DNA of 64,000 nucleotides from contig OX597824.1 of assembly GCA_951406725.2 (NCBI GenBank), positions 68,696,001 through 68,760,000 of the forward strand. Direction: 5' to 3'. The DNA is from Octopus vulgaris. Taxonomy: Eukaryota. Below are positions 40,568-54,182 of the stretch, piece by piece. The translations under genes and the position numbers were made by a program. Positions within the stretch are counted from its first letter, which is position 1. The number at the start of each line of letters is the position of its first letter. The notes below the pieces were generated by a model, which saw nothing but the letters and a program-made list of their open reading frames with translations, was not told the origin of the DNA and did no database searches.

Positions 40568-41277
40568 TTTTTTTTCTCTTCTTTCAAATTTGCTTCCAAT
40601 TCTTGCCGAGTGTCTTCCCGACTCCTAGGGCAAAGAAACTCATAGTATACATTGGTAGGCCATTAAACCAAACTCAATAGTTCGTTCATTTTTTAAATTT
40701 TTTTTTTTAAGTCAAATTAAAATACATGAGCAGCAACAGTTCTCACATCGACAATGCTCTTCTCAATACGTGTGATGTACCAGTTAAGACAATCTTTTGC
40801 ACTTCTTGCAGGGATGGTAAGCCAGGGATCATTCTCATATAATTTTCGGTTCCCTTCTTGATCATTCCTAGTGCTCCTACGATCACTGGTATTGTAACCG
40901 CCTTGAGATGCCACATTTTCTCAATTTCAATGAGTAGGTCTTTATATTTTCTGAGCTTGTCAAACTCTTTCGCTGAGATATTATGATCACAGGGGATGCT
41001 CATGTCGATCAATAAGCAAACTTTATTGTTTTGGTCTTTCACAACAATGTCTGGTTTATTGGCCTTGATGGTTCGGTCTGTATGTACTGGAAAGTCCCAC
41101 AGAATGGTTACATTTTCTCCTTCAGTTACAGCCTCAGGGTGGTGATTATACCACTTGTCGGCAGTTTTGATATTGTAATGCCGACTTATTAGCCAGTGGA
41201 GATATTGGCCAACTCTGTCATGTCTTAATTTATACTCCACTGGTGCTAAGACTTTACATCCAGAGATTAGGTGGTCC
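40567..41277 (-). mobile_element. 5'-truncated R4/Dong-like non-LTR retrotransposon in a (TAA)n tract
   Basis: Flanked by (TTA)n on both sides; open ORF end plus ~175-bp 3' UTR. Confidence 0.88.
40743..41276 (-). CDS. C-terminal restriction-like endonuclease domain of an R4/Dong-clade ORF (partial, no start)
   Basis: DHLISGC (end of CCHC), RHDRV, ILWDF, KPDIVV, LLIDMSIP, K..KY..L, PVIVGALG: PD-(D/E)xK-type RLE motifs; ~177 codons without a stop. Confidence 0.85.
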   Translation of the reverse strand, partial: DHLISGCKVLAPVEYKLRHDRVGQYLHWLISRHYNIKTADKWYNHHPEAVTEGENVTILWDFPVHTDRTIKANKPDIVVKDQNNKVCLLIDMSIPCDHNISAKEFDKLRKYKDLLIEIEKMWHLKAVTIPVIVGALGMIKKGTENYMRMIPGLPSLQEVQKIVLTGTSHVLRRALSM

Positions 41278-41368
<91 letters not shown>

Positions 41369-41379
41369 CATTATTATTA

Positions 41380-41464
<85 letters not shown>

Positions 41465-41486
41465 CATTATTATTATTATTATTTGA

Positions 41487-41705
41487 AGGTAGTAAGCTAG
41501 CAGAATCGTTAGCACCCCGGGCAAAATGCTTTGCGGTATTACGTCCATCCTTGCATTCTCAGTTCAAATTCCACCGAGGTCGACTTTGTCTTTCAACGTT
41601 TCGGGGTCGTGAAATTAAGTATCAGTCGCGAGGGAGTAAGTCGATTACATTGTAATCGACTTACTCCCTTCCCCCGAAATTGCTGGCCTTGTGCCAAATT
41701 TGAAA
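41487..41705 (+). mobile_element. SINE family B monomer, tail 1
   Basis: Diverged head, core and GCTGGCCTTGTGCCAAATTTGAAAC tail inside (TTA)n. Confidence 0.85.
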
Positions 41706-41718
41706 CTATTATTTATTA

Positions 41719-41804
<86 letters not shown>

Positions 41805-43429
41805 GAGTGAGAGAGCATTTCATGCCATCAAAGTGACACTGGGATAAAATATACGAAGTTCAGTACACCCATCATGACGACCTGTCTGATAAGGGTACAC
41901 TAGGCACATGCATCACAACCATAAGTGCGCGACATGGTGATCTCATATCAAGATAAACAGCAGATGAATTTGCAGGTGGGACCCAGTTAGAATTTTCTTC
42001 TGGTCGAGTAGTCCATCCTGCTCAAAAGATCCCTGAATAAGGGTTGTTTCAGGATGTTGAATGAAGCACCCATGTTTCCTGAGGTGAATTATTCAAACGC
42101 CAAAGAATTCTTCTCAACACATGGCTACGATGCTCCCCCACTAATTCAGCTCGTGATTAGAGATGCACATATCGTCAGCCACGAAAGGACATGCTCAACT
42201 GGTTACGGTCAAACAATTGACAAGCAAATCTGTGGTATTGAGCAGAATATTTGCTGTAGCCCATCTTTTATACTAAGACAAAACAACGTACATGATGACA
42301 CTTCCAATAAGTTAAGATCAGAAGCCACGAGAGTCACTGCCTGGTAATGATTCAGGTCTTTAATCAGTGCCATCAACCCTAGTATTTGCCTGTTACTTTA
42401 CCTCATCGACCTGGAAGGATAAAAGGTCAAGTCGAACTCAGTAGAATTCAAACTAAGAATATCAAAGACTCGAAACAAATAACGCTGAGTATTTTGTCCG
42501 ATGTTCTAATGATTCTACGAATCCACCGGCTTAAGAGACAGAAAAATAAAATCAAGTTTATAAAAGAGGGAAAGGAAGAACGCAAGAAAGGAAAAAAAAA
42601 TATCAAGAAATTGAAAGCAGAAAGGAAAAATATTAAATAAAAAACGTTAAAAGAGAGAAAAAATATGAAAAAAAAGCGAAAGAAAGAATGGAAAAAGAAA
42701 GAACGTGAAAGATCATAATTGCAAGAAAATTACAAAAAGATAAAGAGTGGAGATGAGGGGTGATTTAAAAATGTTTGTGATAATTGTGTCTGTTGACAAG
42801 AGTTCAGTAAGATTGGTCAATTATATTAGGCAATGTATAGAGAGATTGTTATGACGGGGATGTAAAGACGACATTTGGAATGAGAAGGAGAGAAAAAGAG
42901 AAAGAGAAAGATAGAGAGAGAAACGATAGAGAAAGAGAAGGAGAGAGAGAGAGTAATATGGCGGGAGAAAAGTAGGGAAGGAGCTGAGAGAGAGTTTTGT
43001 AAAGAAGACGGAAGCGCAAGCATGTACACACATTCACATACATACAAAAATGCAGTGTACATATATATATATATATTAATAAATAAAACATATGCATATA
43101 TATAAACATATATGTTCGTACCTACCTCTACATGTATATATACACGCATATATGAGTACAGGACACACAAAAAAAAAAAAAACGTCGAACACAATGAGAA
43201 ACGAAAAACAGACACAAACCCAAGGAACTGGACATTTTTTTAAACAACAAAAAAAATAGAGTACAGGACAATTAACACAAAGAAAAAAACCCTTCTTCAG
43301 TCGCCATGGTTTCATCTACTCTACGTTTCGAATCCTCACACAGGTATACACATACATAATATATAATATAGAATATGCAGCATCTATATGGTGGTTGTCT
43401 ACTCCTTATGCAAAATTTGACCACCTCCT

Positions 43430-43852
43430 GTACCACCACCTTAGCACCATCATGGCATTCTGATGTGGCTTTTTAAACCAGGCAATGTTCTGAAAAGACA
43501 CCCACATAGATTGCACCTCTGATTTGGACCACCATGAACTGCAGATAAGTTCTACTCTTTGTGGATCTAAAAATGTCTCTTGTGTCCTCCGTTGGATTTT
43601 CAAACCTTCTGGCATACACTGCATTCAAGGGAGTGCACAGTCATATAGGCAGAATAGTTGGTAGGGGTTTGTTTTCCATGCGTTCGCAGATAAGATTTGA
43701 AGCCAGCAAAAGACAGGCATTGTCTGTCGCAGACTGTGCGCACAAAAAGGTCATTGTCATTCACCTTCTCGATTGCTACACTCTTCTTTAGATCTCTTTT
43801 GAGTTTTACTTGCGCTATCCTGGCCCCTTGAAATGCTTTCACTCCACTCGAC
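43430..43852 (-). pseudogene. RTE-like LINE 3' end with C2H2-like motifs
   Basis: SGVKAFQGARIAQVKLKR...VCDRQCLSFAGFKSYLRTH...CSVCQKV*KSNGGHKRHF*IH resembles the zinc-finger tail of RTE ORFs; truncated at (TA)n. Confidence 0.65.
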
Positions 43853-43872
43853 AGTATATATGTATATATATA

Positions 43873-43953
<81 letters not shown>

Positions 43954-44124
43954 CTGTGTGTGTGTCTGTGTGTGTGTCTGTGTGTGTGTCTGTGTATGTG
44001 TGGATGTGTGTGTATGTGTGTGTACGTGTGTGCACGTATTTATATGTATACACAGAGAAAGATTACATTCTTTTTCTTTACTCATTTCAACTCGAGAGCT
44101 GCGTCCATGGTGGATCATCTCCGT

Positions 44125-44158
<34 letters not shown>

Positions 44159-44350
44159 CACATAGATAGATAAATAGATAGATAGATAGATACATACATA
44201 CATACATACATACATACATACATACATACATACATACATACATAATTAGACAGAGAGACCGATGAATAGATAGAAAGGCAAACAAGATAAATAAGTATAA
44301 AGACAGACAGACAGACAGATAAAAAGATATACATATAGAGGGAGAGATAG

Positions 44351-44383
<33 letters not shown>

Positions 44384-44998
44384 TCAATAGATACAAGCAT
44401 TTGACACATTTGCTAATGCAAGAATGGAGACATTTTATTGAAACAGCGAGATGGATGCAGACAGGAGAGCAACAACAGCAACAGCAACAACAACAACAAC
44501 TGCAACAACAACAACTGCAACATCACTACCGGCACTACCACCAGCAGCAGCAACAACAACAATAACAACAACAACAACAGCTACATGTGATAGAAAAATA
44601 TATTGTTGTTCGTCTTACTTTTCGCCATTGATTTAATGGCGGTAAAGGTAAAACACAAATAAATAAAATAAATAAATGAATAAATAAATAACTATAATAA
44701 AACGACCAGGCCATCGTCGCTGCCACCACCGACATTAAGACAAACACCAACAACAGCTTACAGAGTATAACAGCCCACAATAACAATAACAACGACAACA
44801 ACAACAACAACAACACTGAGTAAGCATCACAGAGAGTCTGTCAGAATCAGAATAGTGAATTAATAGCAATAATTCTTTACAGAATGTATTGAAAAGCGAA
44901 ACATCTAGAATAAGCGTCGTTCATTGACCGACATGTTCCAGTAGTTGACTTCAATATTGTCATTTTATTATAGCTGTCTATTTCTACACACACACACG

Positions 44999-45086
<88 letters not shown>

Positions 45087-45402
45087 CATGCGCGCGCACA
45101 CACACACGCACACGTACATACACATTGTGTATTTTGTATATAGTGTATTTACTTTCTTTTTTCCCATTTGTTTGTTTATGTGTATGTTGGTTTAGTTACT
45201 CTCTACTTTGATTCATGTATAAATATATACACGCATATACATTCGTATATGGGTATGTGAATATACGTGTTTATGTGAATGTGTGTGAGTATGTGCATAC
45301 ATACGTATACGTATATGTTTGTGTATGTATGTATGTATATATGCATACATGGAAGTTAAAACGCAACAGTTCTCTAATGCAATCGTCACACATGCGCACA
45401 CA

Positions 45403-45438
<36 letters not shown>

Positions 45439-45517
45439 AGTCTACATGACACCACATCATACGCTACGCTAACAGATATTCATATACGCAAAGACTAGTG
45501 TGATGTGATGTGTGTAT

Positions 45518-45550
<33 letters not shown>

Positions 45551-45791
45551 CGAGTGATTTTGCATATGGATATCCGCTTATTTGTTTGAATTGTGTATGT
45601 GTAAGAGCTTTGAATATATATATGTGTGTGTGTGTATATGTGTGTGTGTATGTGTATGTGTGTATGTAAATACATACATACATATATATATGTATTTATA
45701 TATATGTATATATATGTGTGTGTGTGTGCGTATGTGTGTACGTGTATGAGTATGTGTTTGTATGTGCTTGTGTTTTTATTATTCCTAATAC

Positions 45792-45832
<41 letters not shown>

Positions 45833-46382
45833 AATTGTTTGAGAGAGAAGGAGAGAGAGAGAAAGAGACATAGAGGGAGTGAGAAAGACAGGGGTAGGGG
45901 TGGGGGAGAGAAATCCTTAGATACATAACGCAGAGTGGCCAACGGTATATATTAGAATAGCATAGACAAATAAAGGTGTATTAAATAAGATAGAGGATAA
46001 ATTTTTGATTTATTGAAACTGTCCTCGCTTCCAGGGACAGTAGAACCAATCGTTTACAGGCAATTGGTACCAGCTCTAAATGAGAAGGTGAGACGGTCTC
46101 AGGTATGGAGAATATGTCCAAAAATCGAATGTCATTAAGGAAAAGACGATATGATTGTCTGAGCACAATAGAACGTCTGTGGACATATGCTTCCGCCTAT
46201 CTGTATGTCTGTCTATCTATTTATCTATCTACGCATATATATATAAATATGCAAATTTGTATGTATGTAAATATGCATATGTATGTATGAATGTATGTAT
46301 GTATGTATGTATGTATGTATGTATGTATGTATGTATGAATGATTGTATGTATGCATGTATCTCTTTCTCCTCTCTCTCTCTC

Positions 46383-46423
<41 letters not shown>

Positions 46424-46439
46424 TTCATGATATTACATC

Positions 46440-46680
46440 CCCTTCTTCCTATCTCTCCTGTATGACCCTTCCGTCTGGCATTCGCCAAGATAGATCGCTA
46501 GCCACTACACATTCTTTATTTTCTCTCCTTGTTTCTTTCTGTTTTCCTTTCTGTTGAAGAGCGTAGGCTCGAAACGTTAAAGACTTCTTCACTTTCCGAG
46601 CGTTATACTAATGCATCCGTTTGTTGTCTATACTACCTGTCTTCGTCTTTTGCTTTTATTTTGTGAAATCTCCCTATATA
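46440..46680 (+). mobile_element. Penelope-like pseudo-LTR fragment between (TA)n tracts
   Basis: Close paralogue at 50825-51022, which follows a GIY-YIG-like remnant; carries an HHR-like motif. Confidence 0.75.
46547..46582 (+). ncRNA. Variant hammerhead motif
   Basis: CTTT-CTGTTGA-A-GAGC-GTAG-GCTC-GAAA-CGT-T-AAAG: stems I and II pair, palindrome ACGT, A6>U core change. Confidence 0.55.
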
Positions 46681-46689
46681 CGTACGTAC

Positions 46690-46733
<44 letters not shown>

Positions 46734-46752
46734 GTATATATATATATGTATA

Positions 46753-47055
46753 TCACCGTGATCACCGTGATCGACCAGGCTATCAGATGTTGCTACACAT
46801 CGCTGGTCACAATGCGCTTCGCATTGTTTTAGCCTTCAAAGGAAGCCACCCCGCTGGCTAAGCGAGCAGGCCAACAGAAGAAAGAGTGAGAGAAAGTTGT
46901 AGCGACAGCAGGGATCGCCACCATCCCCTGCTGGAGCCTCGTGGAGCTTTAGGTGTTTTCGCTCAATAAACACTCACAACGCCTGGTCTGGGAATCGAAA
47001 CCGCGATCCTACGACCGCGAGTCCGCTGCCCTAACCACTGGGCCATTGCGCCTCC
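46753..47055 (-). mobile_element. SINE family E (tRNA head), tail ending (TCACGGTGA)n
   Basis: Minus strand GGAGGCGCAATGGCCCAGTGGTTAGGGC...GGTTTCGATTCCC; 5' half shared with 55501-55851. Confidence 0.88.
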
Positions 47056-47599
47056 ATATATATATATATATATAATTATATATGATGTGGGGGCAGGAAT
47101 GGCTGTGTGGTATGTAGCTTTCTTACCAATGCCATGGTTCCGGGTGCAGTCTTACTACGTGACAACTTAAGCAAGTGTCATCTTATATAGCCTCAGGCTG
47201 ACCAAGGCCTTGTTAGTGGATTTGCTTGATGGAAACTGAAAGAACCTCGTCGCAAATATCTATATATATAAAACACCTGAAGTGCCTTGAATATTGCTAA
47301 ATGCAATGGTCAGCACGAAACCGACGGTAACATTTTGACTACTTATATACCCTCACCAATCATATACTGCTCGACGTTATACATATATCCGTATAAGCAC
47401 ATAAACACAGTCACACATACACACATACCTCTACACATAATTTGAGTATAATATATTTAGGGATTAACCTAGCTATTATGCCACCAATTGTTTCGAGTAG
47501 CTATCTCATTTAAAATGGAGGCAGTTACCAACGTTCTTAATCAGAACGCTTGTAGGATTATGAAATTTTTGTCACGTGAATCCTTTGATATTATTATTG

Positions 47600-48178
47600 G
47601 AGGCGGAGAGCTGGCAGAAACGTTAGCACGCCGGCCGAAATGCTTAGCGGTATTTCGTCTGCGTTACGTTGTGAGTTCAAATTCCGCCGAGGTCGACTTT
47701 GCCTTTCATCCTTTCGGGGTCGATAAATTAAGTACCAGTTACGCACTGGGGTCGATGTAATCGACTTAATACCTATGTCTGTCCTTGTTTGTCCCCACTG
47801 TCTTTAGCCCCTTGTGGGTAATAAAGAAATAGGTATTTCGTCTGTCCACACGTTCTGAGTTCAAATGCCGCCGAGGTCGACTTTGCCTTTCATCCTTTCG
47901 GGGTTGATTAAATAAGTACCAGTTACGCACTGGAGTCGATATAATCGACTTAATCCGTTTGTCTGTCCTTGTTTGTCCCCTCTCTGTTTAGCCCCTTGTG
48001 GATAGTAAAGAAATAGGTATTTCGCCTGTCTGCACGTTCTGAGTTCAAATTCCGCCGATGTCGACTTTGCTTTCATCTTTCGAGGTCGATAAATTAAGTA
48101 ACAGTTGCGTACTGAGGTCGATCTAGTTGACTGGCCCCTTCTCCCCAAATTTCGGGCCTTGTGCCGAAAGTAGAAAAG
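47600..48178 (+). mobile_element. SINE family B trimer
   Basis: Head plus two tail-2 units plus a tail-1 unit; junctions GAAATAGGTATTTC; 10-bp TSD ATTATTATTG at 47590-47599 and 48179-48188. Confidence 0.92.
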
Positions 48179-48219
48179 ATTATTATTGATCTATAAATGT
48201 GTAGAAAAAAGTAATTTTA

Positions 48220-48603
48220 CTAGCTACGTAATTCCGAGTTCAGCTGCACTGCATGGGACCTTGATTGAGTGCTTTCTACTATGACTTCAGGCCGCCTAAA
48301 GTTTTGTGAATGGACTAGGTAGACGGAAACTGAAAGAAGCCCGTCGTATCTGAGTGTGTATATACATATAAATGTTTGTGCGTGTGTGTGTGTTTGTACT
48401 TGTGTTTGTTCCCAACCACTGTTTGACAACCGGTGTTGGTGTGTTCATGTACTCGCAATTTAGAGGTCTAGCGAAAGAAACCAACCAGGCTTTCGAAATA
48501 AAAATGAGTACGGGGTTCGAGTCGCAAAACTAAAATTCTTCAATGTGGTACTCCAGCATGGCCGCAGTTTAATAACCGAAACGAGTGAAAGATAAAATGT
48601 AAA
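48220..48603 (+). mobile_element. SINE family A, old diverged copy
   Basis: GGTAGACGGAAACTGAAAGAAGCCCGTCG and CTCCAGCATGGCCGCAG blocks in order. Confidence 0.8.
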
Positions 48604-48699
48604 AATATCCACCAAATCCTGCGTCGAGCACACATTATTACTATGTGATACTATCGTTTATGCACACAGACACGCCCCCATCCCAATATATATATATGC

Positions 48700-48784
<85 letters not shown>

Positions 48785-48787
<3 letters not shown>

Positions 48788-48979
48788 AATATTTTATAAT
48801 TATATACATAATTATAACAAGGGATCAGCTTTAAGCCTCACCACGCACTGCATGAAATATACGCTAAAGCCCCTATTACCACCCATTACCGGGCTTTAGT
48901 GTCTGTTTCTTGCAGTGCGTGGTAAGGCGTAAAGCCGATTCCTTGTTATAATCATGTATTTAATTACAAAATATTTTGT
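48785..48979. repeat. Foldback inverted repeat (~88-bp arms, 18-bp loop)
   Basis: 48785-48872 is the reverse complement of 48891-48979 with scattered mismatches. Confidence 0.9.
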
Positions 48980-49169
48980 AAAATTTACCTATGAGGTTTT
49001 TATTTCCGCACTGACTACCTGGTAAAATGCTTATTGATTTTACCCTTTTATTATAATTAATATATATATATATATATATATATATGAAAAAAAGTTGAGT
49101 TATGGGGTATCGCACGAGTGGAATTATATACGAAAGAAGGTTTGAAAATGCAATTTAAAAGATGTTTAT

Positions 49170-49214
49170 TTACTTAACCGGTTTCACTCTTTGGTAAAAG
49201 ATTGTCAAAAGTAA
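49170..49214 (-). ncRNA. Decayed hammerhead motif
   Basis: Minus strand TTACTT-TTGACAA-TCTTT-TACC-AAAGA-GT-GAAA-CCGG-TT-AAGTAA: all three stems present, core has two transitions from CTGACGA. Confidence 0.55.
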
Positions 49215-49509
49215 CATTGAATATTATGGATTCAAAAAAGTTTTTTACATAATTGTCACATACATCTCCAAAATTAGGGAATCAAAATTGGGGAATCCTC
49301 GGAAGTAGTACTGATCCAAACGAGGGATAATCTGCTAGCTACTCGTCAGGAGAAAGATACCTTTATATAATCGTCAAGGGATCCCATCCTGACTCGCTGG
49401 ATATTCGATCGAAATATATAGATACCTTCTTCCGGACTGCTCGAAGCTTACTGTCTTCTTACATCTTGATCTTTGCATCCTACCTTTAGATATTATATAC
49501 ATATACCTA

Positions 49510-49575
<66 letters not shown>

Positions 49576-50194
49576 TCTGTCTATCTATCTATCTATCTTT
49601 CTAGGGTAGTTCTTATCCCTACTTTAACGTGCGTGTTCTCTAAGCGACGACGATACTGCAATTTTAACCAGCCGGAAGACATCTCCTCCGGCTGGTTTAT
49701 TCAGAGCACTTTTCGCACTCAAAATTTATTGAAAGCGGGAGATAACTCCTACCATCGTAGCTTTGAGACCATTAGACCACGTCATTTCGAACTTATTGGA
49801 TCCCCTCGGTGATAAACATTCACCTGAAAGGTATGTATGAGTGTGTGTGTGTTTGTATTTATATATGAGGCGATGACCTCTTGGAGATAATCAACGGCAG
49901 CATTCGTCCTATTTTTCTGGACTGCCATGTTAGCTTGGCGATAACTATTAATATCCAGTACCGTTGCCGTAGCTTCATAAATATACATACATATGTGCAT
50001 ATATATATGTGAGTTCAAATTTCGCCAAGGTCGACTTTGCCTTTCATCCATTCGGGGGTCGATTAAATAAGTACCAGTTACGCACTGGGGCCGATATAAT
50101 CGGCTTAACCCGTTTGTCTGTCCTTGTTTGTCCCTTCTGTGTTTAGCCTCTTGTGGGTAGTAAAGAAATAGGTATTCCGTCGGTCGTCACGTTC

Positions 50195-51019
50195 CATTTC
50201 CGCTCTACCAGTCACTCTTTGCAACACCTGTCCGTGTTCGGATTGTCCTTGCACAGCGGCCATCCGGACTCCTTCTTCATCTAACCTCCTTCCCTCGCCT
50301 CTCTGCCCCTCACACTTACTTCCTTCCACCCACCTCTTCTCTCTTGCTCCGGCTCCTACTTCTCTTCATTCTTACTCTCCTCACTTCTCTTCACTTCTAC
50401 CCACCTTCTCCTTCCCCCTCATCGTCACCCCTCCCTCGTAACCCCACCCCATCCCTACACATTCCAACCCCATCTTCCCTATCCTTCCCATAACACCCCA
50501 CCTCTACCTCCACCATCTGCCTACCCACATACCCACCTCCACCCCATCCTCAGCCTAACCCATACCCCACCCTTGCTTTCCCCACTCTCGCCTCCTCACC
50601 TCCCAACACCATCGCACCACACCACTACACTATACACCACCATACCACACAACACATCACATCACATCACCACTATGCATAGACTAGCACATCTACATCT
50701 TCACACCTACACATACACACACGCATACGTCAAGGTCACCAGCCTTCTTCCACACGCACATACATATTCTCTTATACAAACGCACGCGCACCTTCGTTTT
50801 GGGATCACCACTAGTTTATTTTCTCCCCTTCTTCCTAGCTCTCCTGTGTGACCCCTCTGTCTGGCATTCGCCATGATAGATCGCTTGCCACTACACATTC
50901 TTTAGAAGAGCGTAGGCTCGAAACGTTAAAGACTTTTTCATTTCCTGAGCGTTAAACTAATACATCTGTTTGTTGTCTACACTATCTATCTTGGTCTTTT
51001 GTTTTTTGTGAATTCTCCC

Positions 51020-51022
<3 letters not shown>
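50195..51022 (+). mobile_element. Penelope-like element 3' remnant
   Basis: HFRSTSHSLQHLSVFGLSLH resembles the HF...H....L.V.GL end of a Penelope GIY-YIG domain; C-rich spacer; then the pseudo-LTR shared with 46440-46680 (HHR 5' half deleted). Confidence 0.65.
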
Positions 51023-51073
<51 letters not shown>

Positions 51074-51293
51074 TGTGAGAGTGTGTGTGTTTGTGTGAAA
51101 GTGTGTGTGTGTGTGTGTGAGTGTGTGTTTGGGTCTGTGTGTGTATAAGTGTGTGTAGGCTGGTGGTATTAGTTGTAACGATAGTTGACATCACGCTTTG
51201 TTGTGTTGGGTAGAGCGATGGCACCGGTACCACCATCTCTAACAATAGTAGTGGTATGATTGTGGTGATAGTGGTGGTGATTTTGTAGTTGTG

Positions 51294-51325
<32 letters not shown>

Positions 51326-51776
51326 TGTGGAGGCGGTGGTAATTGTGGTGGGGTGGTAGTGGTGATGATGGTGGTAGCGGCGGTGTTGGTGGCGGCGGTG
51401 TTGGTGGCGGTGGTTGTGGTGGTTGTGGCAGTGGTGGTGGTGGTAGTGGTAGTGGTGGTGATTACAGTGGTAGGGGTGGTGGGTGATAAGGTGAACGCAT
51501 AGACATTAATGTCCATTGGATGGTGTTTGTAATGAAGAATGCCTGTTAAAGTATTGTTAGTAGTAGTAGTAGTAGTAGAGTGGCTGTAGAGTGGTGTTAG
51601 GGTATGAAGGTGTTGGTAATTGTGCTTAATATGCTTGGTGGACATGTATATATGTGCACATGCGCGTGTGTGCGTATGTCAAAATATCCTTATGTGTGAA
51701 TACATGCACACATGCAAACTCACACACATATATATATATAAACACATCCATCCATATGTATATATATATGTATATA

Positions 51777-51834
<58 letters not shown>

Positions 51835-51835
<1 letters not shown>

Positions 51836-52024
51836 TTTTACTCTTTTACTTGTTTCAGTCATTTGACTGTGGCCATGCTGGAGCACCGCCTTTAGTCGAG
51901 CCAATCGACCCCGGGACTTATTCTTTGTAAGCCCAGTACTTATTCTATCAGTCTCTTTTGCCGAACCGCTAAGTGACGGGGACGTAAACACACCAGCATC
52001 GGTTGTCAAGCAATGCTAGGGTAA

Positions 52025-52115
<91 letters not shown>

Positions 52116-52283
52116 GCATATACATATATACGACAGGCTTCTTTCAGTTTCCGTCTACCAAATCCACTCACAAGGCTTTGGTTGGCCCGAGGCTATAGTA
52201 AAAGACACTTTCCCAAGGTGAGTGGGACTGAACCCGGAACCATGTGGTTGGTTAGCAAGCTACTTACCACACAGCCACTCCTA
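51835..52283 (-). mobile_element. SINE family A, full length
   Basis: Near-consensus tail, right arm, (CA)n(TA)n and head. Confidence 0.92.
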
Positions 52284-52319
52284 TATACACACAATAATTT
52301 TATGCATGCATACTTTCAT

Positions 52320-52600
52320 ATATGGTGATTTCTCCGTCTTCGCAGATGATGGCTGTCTCTTTCTGCCACCGTTGTAAGTAGCATGGCCGACTTTCCATTC
52401 ATGACCTCTCAGATGACTATTCAACCTCATTGCAGATCTGCATACTTTGAGGACATAGTTGACAGAGGAAAGCTGCAAACTCACTATGCGCTTCCAACTG
52501 ATTAGGCCTGCACACGTCGCCACTCTTCCATCGCCATTCATTTCAGTCGATGGACTGAGTACTAAGGTCACCATAAAGCGACTCATGTATATCATTGGAT
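52320..52600 (-). pseudogene. Possible RTE-like LINE 3' end
   Basis: KVCRSAMRLNSHLRGH is a decayed C2H2-like motif followed by a short 3' UTR ending in CCATATAT. Confidence 0.45.
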
Positions 52601-52994
52601 TATGGTGATAAACGCTTGTACAACACGAGTACCATTGTCTGAAGCTTCGGAATTAGTACCTAGTGACAGGCCGAAGAGAAATGACCAGTAATCATGTGAA
52701 ACTGCAGGTTTTACTTCAGTGCGCCCGCCTAAAAGGCTGCCATGACGTCAGCTAGGGAGATCCTTCACCCCCGGTAGTTTCACTGCGTGCCCTGATTTCA
52801 ATCAAAGGTATTTCTGCATCTCCGTGCACAAGTGAAATGTCATCACATATGATAGTTAACCTGTAGTTGGGACCTTTGTAGGTGTTGCTACTTCGGGTCA
52901 GAGCTGACCTGGAAACTATTGGGGCTCGGCGGGGTTTGCACAACCCTGGAACTGCAAAACCAGATTCCCACAACCGGATGCAGTGTGAAGTTAT

Positions 52995-53558
52995 ATCCGG
53001 GACGCGAATTTTTTTTCCCACGAGTGTTCCGGACCCCAGTTATGAACTCATTTGCATACACCCAACCAGAGCTCAGCTATCAAACTAATTTATGAGCGCA
53101 TAACAAGTGATGGGCGATAAGATAAGCTCACTTGGGCAAGGAATGACCATGCTTCTTTTCGCTTTTAATAAGGCTTGTTGTTCTTGTTCTAGTTTCAACC
53201 ATGGCTACTTCTGTGTAGTTATTTGTGTTTACTTTGTATAGCAGTAAGGGCAGAGGGTTGCTAGCACATCACTCTCTACCCACATTTTTCCCATTTACGT
53301 CTTTACCATATGGGGCCCCTAACAAAATCCGATTATAGTTATAGATGCAAATCTATCTAATTACTTGTCCCCTTCTAAAATCAGGCATAACTTGGCGATC
53401 GGTCGACTTACAACACCATTTTTCGTCTTGAGTTTACTTGGTAGAGTGTGTTTGTTAACTTGACAACAAGGTCAAGGTGAGCTTTGATTGACTGTATGCA
53501 AATAAGTTTATTACTGGGGTTTGGAAGATTCGTGCGGAAAAAATTTCGCACCCGGGAC
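52995..53558. mobile_element. MITE-like element with ~83-bp diverged terminal inverted repeats
   Basis: 52996-53078 vs reverse complement of 53475-53557; both arms keep ATTTGCATAC and ACCCCAGT. Confidence 0.65.
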
Positions 53559-54182
53559 ACACACATACTCATACATACATACTTCCACACATTACATACA
53601 TGCATACAAGCATACACACATACAAACATTCATACATACGTACACATGCACACAAACATAAACATGCACACACACATGTACAAACACAAATACACACACA
53701 CACACATACAAAAGCACACATACACACATTCATTCTTTACATACATACAAACACACACACATACGCGCGCACACACACATACACACATACACACACACAC
53801 ATACAAAAGCACACATACACACATTCATTCTTTACATACATACAAACACACACACATACGCGCGCACACACACACATACACACATAGGTACACAGACATT
53901 TTTGTTTTGCCTTGCAGGTCATGCGACCGCGTGGTGTTTCCGATGCTGGCTGGTTGTTGCTGCCGTTCAGCCCCAGGTCAGACCTGACCGAAAGCATTCT
54001 TGCGCTGACCGGCTCATTTTTTTTAAATGCCAAAATGTATGTAGGACTATAGGATCCGAAGAGTGATTTGAAAAGATATTGTTTTGTATTCCTAGTATTA
54101 GAGATCATATCCAAGACCTCTTGGCTCATAGTATTAATGTTGTTAAAGTTGTGGTAGTGTTGGTGTTATTATCGTTGGTGTG

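Noticed and set aside
42336-42351. 16-nt match to the miR-200/miR-8 family 3' part (ACTGCCTGGTAATGAT)
   Set aside because: Seed region absent and no precursor hairpin visible; likely chance.
43600-43850. Host C2H2 zinc-finger gene exon
   Set aside because: Motifs are broken, lack TGEKP linkers and follow RTE-type C-terminal sequence; better explained as a LINE end.
53697-53875. ~95-bp tandem duplication in CA-rich sequence
   Set aside because: Ordinary low-complexity duplication or assembly artefact; no functional signal.
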